This document shows positions 60,257 through 64,000 of a stretch of 64,000 nucleotides of DNA, piece by piece. The notes beneath the pieces are model-generated. The model made no database searches. It worked only from the letters and a program-made list of their open reading frames with translations, and was not told the origin of the DNA. Each line of letters begins with the position of its first letter. Position 1 is the stretch's first letter. The stretch lies in NCBI GenBank assembly GCA_964036045.1, contig OZ038378.1, positions 55,366,001-55,430,000 on the forward strand, in the 5' to 3' direction. Both the position numbers and the translations under genes were made by a program. This DNA comes from Eutreptiella sp. 'Long Island Sound 2002' (Eukaryota; Protista; Euglenida).

Positions 60257-61291
60257 TCACTCAAGAAAGGGACACCTCCAGACCCAGTGACGGGTCACCT
60301 CACCACGAGCCTTGCAGGTCTTGCACGGGCCGACGGGATCCTCAGTCGTGCGCACCCACTCGTTTTTGTGAATTTCGAAGAACTCCTCACCGTCGATGAT
60401 CTTGAAACGCCGACGCATGGCCTTCTTCAAGCGTTTGCCCGCCTCCGACAGGCCCTCCTCCAGCCGAACATCCGACTCCTTTTGAGATCCAGAGGTTGAT
60501 GAAGAACCAGACGTTCCCTCGTACCGCTCCTTGTAAGAGGCCGTCGCAGAGAAAACGAGAGTCCACAGTGCCTGCACCAAGTTGTGAAACCTCTCAGAGA
60601 CCTGCGCGGAGTCGGTCGCGTCCATGCTGTCAGACCCATCTGGGTGTTTACGGTCAGTCCATGGCGTGTCGTCCCTCTTGTCCTCGTCAGTGAGGCCCAG
60701 CATGATCTCCTTAGCCGCGGCATCGGACATTTTGGGAACCATAGTGACTGTGGAGGCAAGGACGTTCTCGAACTTGAGCAGTCGCACCAGGAGGAATAGG
60801 GCACGATTAATCCACTGGGGATGGTTGGTAGCCGTGTCCGCATCGTGGATGGCCCTCAGTGACAATGCAGGAACCTGCAACTGGTCCTTCGGTGGCGCCT
60901 CAGTGATGCTTTGGACCTTGGCGGTAAGGGACTTGATGAGCTGACCTTGGTCCTCCAGCAATTTAAGGATCGCAGGGTCCACTGGCCCAGGTGCCGGCAC
61001 TGTCGGAGCTGCGGGGGAAGACTTTTTGAACGCCGCAGTGGCGAAGTCCAGCGTGACGTCCTCCAGAAGCATGTAGCCCACCAAGCGGTCGAGGAACTCG
61101 TCCCGAGAACCCGTGAACGAGACGGTGGACGCGAAATTCTTGGCCCAGGCCTCCCCCTCGTCAGGCATACCCCGGAGTTCACGCATCAGGACCAGCTTGC
61201 GGCGCGTCCAGGACTTGGTATCCGCCCCAAGTCGAAAATCTCCATGGGCGTCCCCTTGGATGTAATCCGCGAATGACGGTGCATCCTCCAT
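60257..61291 (-). CDS. Gag-like ORF1 (344 aa) with a C-terminal Cys/His knuckle
   Basis: ATG start and an intact frame ending CKTCKARGEVTRHWVWRCP (C-x2-C-x8-H-x4-C). First ORF after repeat A1. Confidence 0.8.
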   Translation of the reverse strand: MEDAPSFADYIQGDAHGDFRLGADTKSWTRRKLVLMRELRGMPDEGEAWAKNFASTVSFTGSRDEFLDRLVGYMLLEDVTLDFATAAFKKSSPAAPTVPAPGPVDPAILKLLEDQGQLIKSLTAKVQSITEAPPKDQLQVPALSLRAIHDADTATNHPQWINRALFLLVRLLKFENVLASTVTMVPKMSDAAAKEIMLGLTDEDKRDDTPWTDRKHPDGSDSMDATDSAQVSERFHNLVQALWTLVFSATASYKERYEGTSGSSSTSGSQKESDVRLEEGLSEAGKRLKKAMRRRFKIIDGEEFFEIHKNEWVRTTEDPVGPCKTCKARGEVTRHWVWRCPFLE

Positions 61292-61414
61292 TTTTATACT
61301 GCTGCTTGGCCACCAATTGAAAATCCACGAAGACAGAAGGAACAGCTCTCAGAGGAGTGGAAGCAGATCAGCTGTTCGGCCTGAGCAGCAAAAGAGACAG
61401 AACCTTCGTCCGAA

Positions 61415-61512
61415 GGCCCTGTTATAGTTTATAAAATTCTGAATTGAACAGGGCATCACAATGAACAAAACAAAGTATGGTGTACAACTACTGTTACTGG
61501 GGAAACAGCAGT
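61415..61512 (-). repeat. Split direct repeat A1 (5' terminus of the element)
   Basis: 98 bp, one mismatch (61493 vs 56488) to 56410-56507. Confidence 0.95.
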
Positions 61513-62622
61513 GTGAATTTGCGATTGAAAGTACGGTTTTCCATTGACCACAAGCACTCATATACCATAGTGGAAAGGCCCGAGAGACATGGGATTTTGC
61601 ACTAGTGTGAATTTGCGATTGAAAGTACGGATTTCCTTTGACCAAAAGTATTCAAATACCATAGTGGAATGGCCCAACAGACATGGGATGTTGCATTAGT
61701 GTGAATTTCCGATTGAAAGTACGGTTTCCATTGACCAAAAGCACTCAAATACCACAGTGGAACTGCCCGAGAGACATGGGATGTTGCATTAGTGTGAATT
61801 TGCGATAGAAAGTACGGTTTTCCATTGACCAAAAGTACTCAAATACCATAGTGGAAAGGCGCGAGAGACAGGAATTTGCGATTGAAAGTACGGATTTCCT
61901 TTGACCAAAAGTACTCAAATACCATAGTGGAATCACCCAACAGACATGGGATGTTGCATTAGTGTGAATTTGCGATTGAAAGTACGGTTTTCCATTCACC
62001 AAAAGTACTCAAATACCACATTGGAATGGCCCAAGAGACATGGGATAATGCATTTGTGTGAATTTGCGATTGAAAGTACGGTTTTCCATTGACCAAAAGC
62101 ACTCAAATACCACAGTGGAACTGTCCGAGAGACATGGGATGTTGCATTAGTGTGAATTTGAGATTGAAAGTACGGTTTTCCATTGACCAAAAGCACTCAA
62201 ATACCATAGTGGAAAGGCCCGAGAGACATGGGATGTTGCACTAGTGTGAATTTGCGATTGAAAGTACATTTTTCCATTGATCAAAAGTACTCAAATACCA
62301 TAGTGGAAAGGCCCAACGGACATGGGATGTTGCATTAGTGTGAATTGCGATTGGAAGTACGGTTTTCCATTGACCAAAAGCACTCAAATACCACATTGGA
62401 ATGGCCCAACAGACATGGATTAATGCATTTTTTTCCATTGACCAAAAGTACTCAAATACCATAGTGGAATCACCCAACAGACATGGGATGTTGCATTAGT
62501 GTGAATTTGCGATTGAAAGTACGGATTTCCCTTGCCCAAAAGCACTCAAATCCCATATCGGAACGGCCCAAGAGACATGGGATGTTGCACTAGTGTGAAA
62601 TTGCGATCGAAAGTACGGATCC
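61510..62622. repeat. 94-bp tandem satellite, about 12 copies, some shortened
   Basis: Unit gtgtgaatttgcgattgaaagtacggttttccattgaccaaaagtactcaaataccatagtggaaaggcccgagagacatgggatgttgcatta. The first two unit starts are at 61511 and 61605. Confidence 0.95.
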
Positions 62623-63780
62623 GGATGGCCAAGGATGTGTAGGAGGTTGAATCGTTGGGGACTTCCATGCCCATTTCCGTTTATTAGGCCTCAAATGTCC
62701 TTCCACCAATTTGTGGTGAACGGGTGGCTGCACTCCGTTCGTGGACCTCCTTCCCTTGACTGAGGACTCGCCTTCTTTTACGCTGTACTAGAACAAGCAC
62801 AAGGCTGGGACGAGGCGTACACCAGGGAGTTCCCGGCAGCCAAAGCACTGTCATTAAACGAGATCAAACAGAGAAGGCTTCCGAAGACGGAGGGTGTCAC
62901 ACTATACAAGTGTCGACTCCGTGGCCAAGAAATCCAAAGCAACCCTTCAACGTCCAAACTGCCCCAGCCATCGCCGAGTGATTTGCTTCGTTTGCGGCAT
63001 GCAGCTTTGGCCTCAAAGAGGGTACTGAAGACTCTAAACCGGGTACAGCCTGGCTCGTCAATTGAACGGTTGAGGGGGTTGGAGAATATAATATTGCCAC
63101 AATTTAATTATGACATCGAGAATCGCAAGCTTCTGGTGACTGTGGTTGCACACCTTCTCAAAGAATCTGGGCCTCTAATAGGCAAGGGCCGCTCCTCTAC
63201 ACCACCAGGCCAGTGCACTCTGTCCCTTGCAATTTTTTGTGACGGAATCACCCCCAGGGGCCGTCCAAATGTCAACATCAAAGCTGCCCTGGTAGACTTG
63301 GGAGGGACATTGTTCCCTATTGTTGAAAACATTCCCGAAACAACCGGTTTTTTGACCTGGCGAGAAATGTCCAAGGTTGATTATAGTGGTTGGGTGGCGG
63401 AGCATAGACCTAGGGAGTTGAATACTCTAGCTGCCCAGCCTTTTGTTGTACCTGTGTGTTTTGCGGGGTGTGTCCACCGTGTGCAAGTCACGGTTGCTTT
63501 TCAGATTGTAATTGCTGACCACCATCAGCTATGGTGGGAGCTGGGGGGGCGTGCCCGTGTTGTGTGCCCTTGGGAAAGAGCACACGGTGTTCGGGACATG
63601 TTCCTACATGAACCGCTGCCCATTCATGAACGCCCATGCACAAAATTTGCGGGCACCACTGGCCTGCAAAATGTTTTTCCAATGCAACCTGTGTTGCATA
63701 ATATCAAAGGGGCCATTAGTCGTGCATGCAGCGTTGTTGGGCGCGTATTCACCCCGGCAGATGCAAACCTACTGTTCCCC
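62623..63780 (+). pseudogene. Second DDE transposase fragment (CMC/Transib-like)
   Basis: Motifs LSLAIFCDGITP, FQIVIADHHQLW, VCPW, PMQPVLHNIKG. The frame extends upstream of 62983 with one TGA at 62761. Truncated at about 63780 by a dispersed repeat. Confidence 0.65.
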
Positions 63781-64000
63781 CGGGGGGGGGCAACTCCGCG
63801 GGTCCTAGGACGCCAACTACCCCCCCCCCCCCCCATAGGGGCCTCCGGCCGACAGTTAGTTGTCAAAGGTATGAGCCCAAGGAGCCAACGGGCGCCGAAG
63901 GCGCCCAAAGGGGTTATGTAGCCATCTTGCCCACTTGTGGGCCTTTTTCTGATTCTGCCCCCCGCTCTGAGGCGGTGGGGATCCCCTAGGCGGCAGGGGT

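Larger units (their letters stand above)
56245..61512 (-). mobile_element. Tyrosine-recombinase (DIRS-order) retrotransposon with VIPER/TATE-like gene order and split direct repeats
   Basis: gag, YR and RT-RNase H ORFs on the minus strand. Repeats A1 61415-61512 and A2 56410-56507 (97/98 identical); B1 56505-56558 and B2 56245-56298 (54/54 identical). Confidence 0.93.

Noticed and set aside
61510-62622. Regularly spaced repeats resembling a CRISPR array
   Set aside because: The whole 94-bp unit repeats with no unique spacers, there are no cas genes, and the context is eukaryotic.
62650-62680. IVGDFHAHF resembling the APE GDFNAH motif
   Set aside because: Isolated match. A different frame is continuous with the downstream transposase-like ORF.
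62900-62910. CACTATACAAG as a CACTA TIR
   Set aside because: It lies inside the open transposase frame and has no partner in the window.
7480-63840. Frameshifts at long poly-C/poly-G runs as programmed events
   Set aside because: Homopolymer length is error-prone in sequencing and mutable in vivo, so these cannot be interpreted without reads.

Overview
Repeat-rich eukaryotic (protist-like) genomic DNA with two recognisable host genes, both with canonical GT-AG introns. One is TRAPPC1/BET5 (4 exons, 2382-7015, 148 aa). The other is a secreted aryl-sulfate sulfotransferase (ASST)-like beta-propeller protein (3 exons, 44756-47305, 511 aa). Most of the rest is layered mobile DNA whose boundaries can be read from target-site duplications (TSDs) and terminal repeats. 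(1) A ~10.5 kb APE-RT LINE (9693-24284) and a short 3' fragment of the same family sit in tandem in the same 19-bp target; the LINE carries a MITE that itself carries an RNase H LINE fragment. (2) A 7.46 kb terminal-inverted-repeat (TIR) DNA transposon (28258-35714) has RAG1/Transib-like transposase motifs, an apparent 2-bp TSD and a second intron-containing gene. (3) A near-intact tyrosine-recombinase (YR) retrotransposon with VIPER/TATE gene order (gag-YR-RT-RNase H, 56245-61512, minus strand) has split direct repeats, an in-frame gag-UGA-YR junction and an AGT crossover core at the edge of a 94-bp satellite. (4) A chimeric retro-insertion carries a 12-aa repeat ORF and beta-tubulin fragments. 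Old elements show many CAG>TAG, TGG>TAG and CTG>CTA changes, suggesting non-CG (CWG) as well as CG cytosine methylation. The VIPER/TATE architecture hints at a euglenozoan host (inference only). All family assignments come from motif recognition by eye; no database searches were run.
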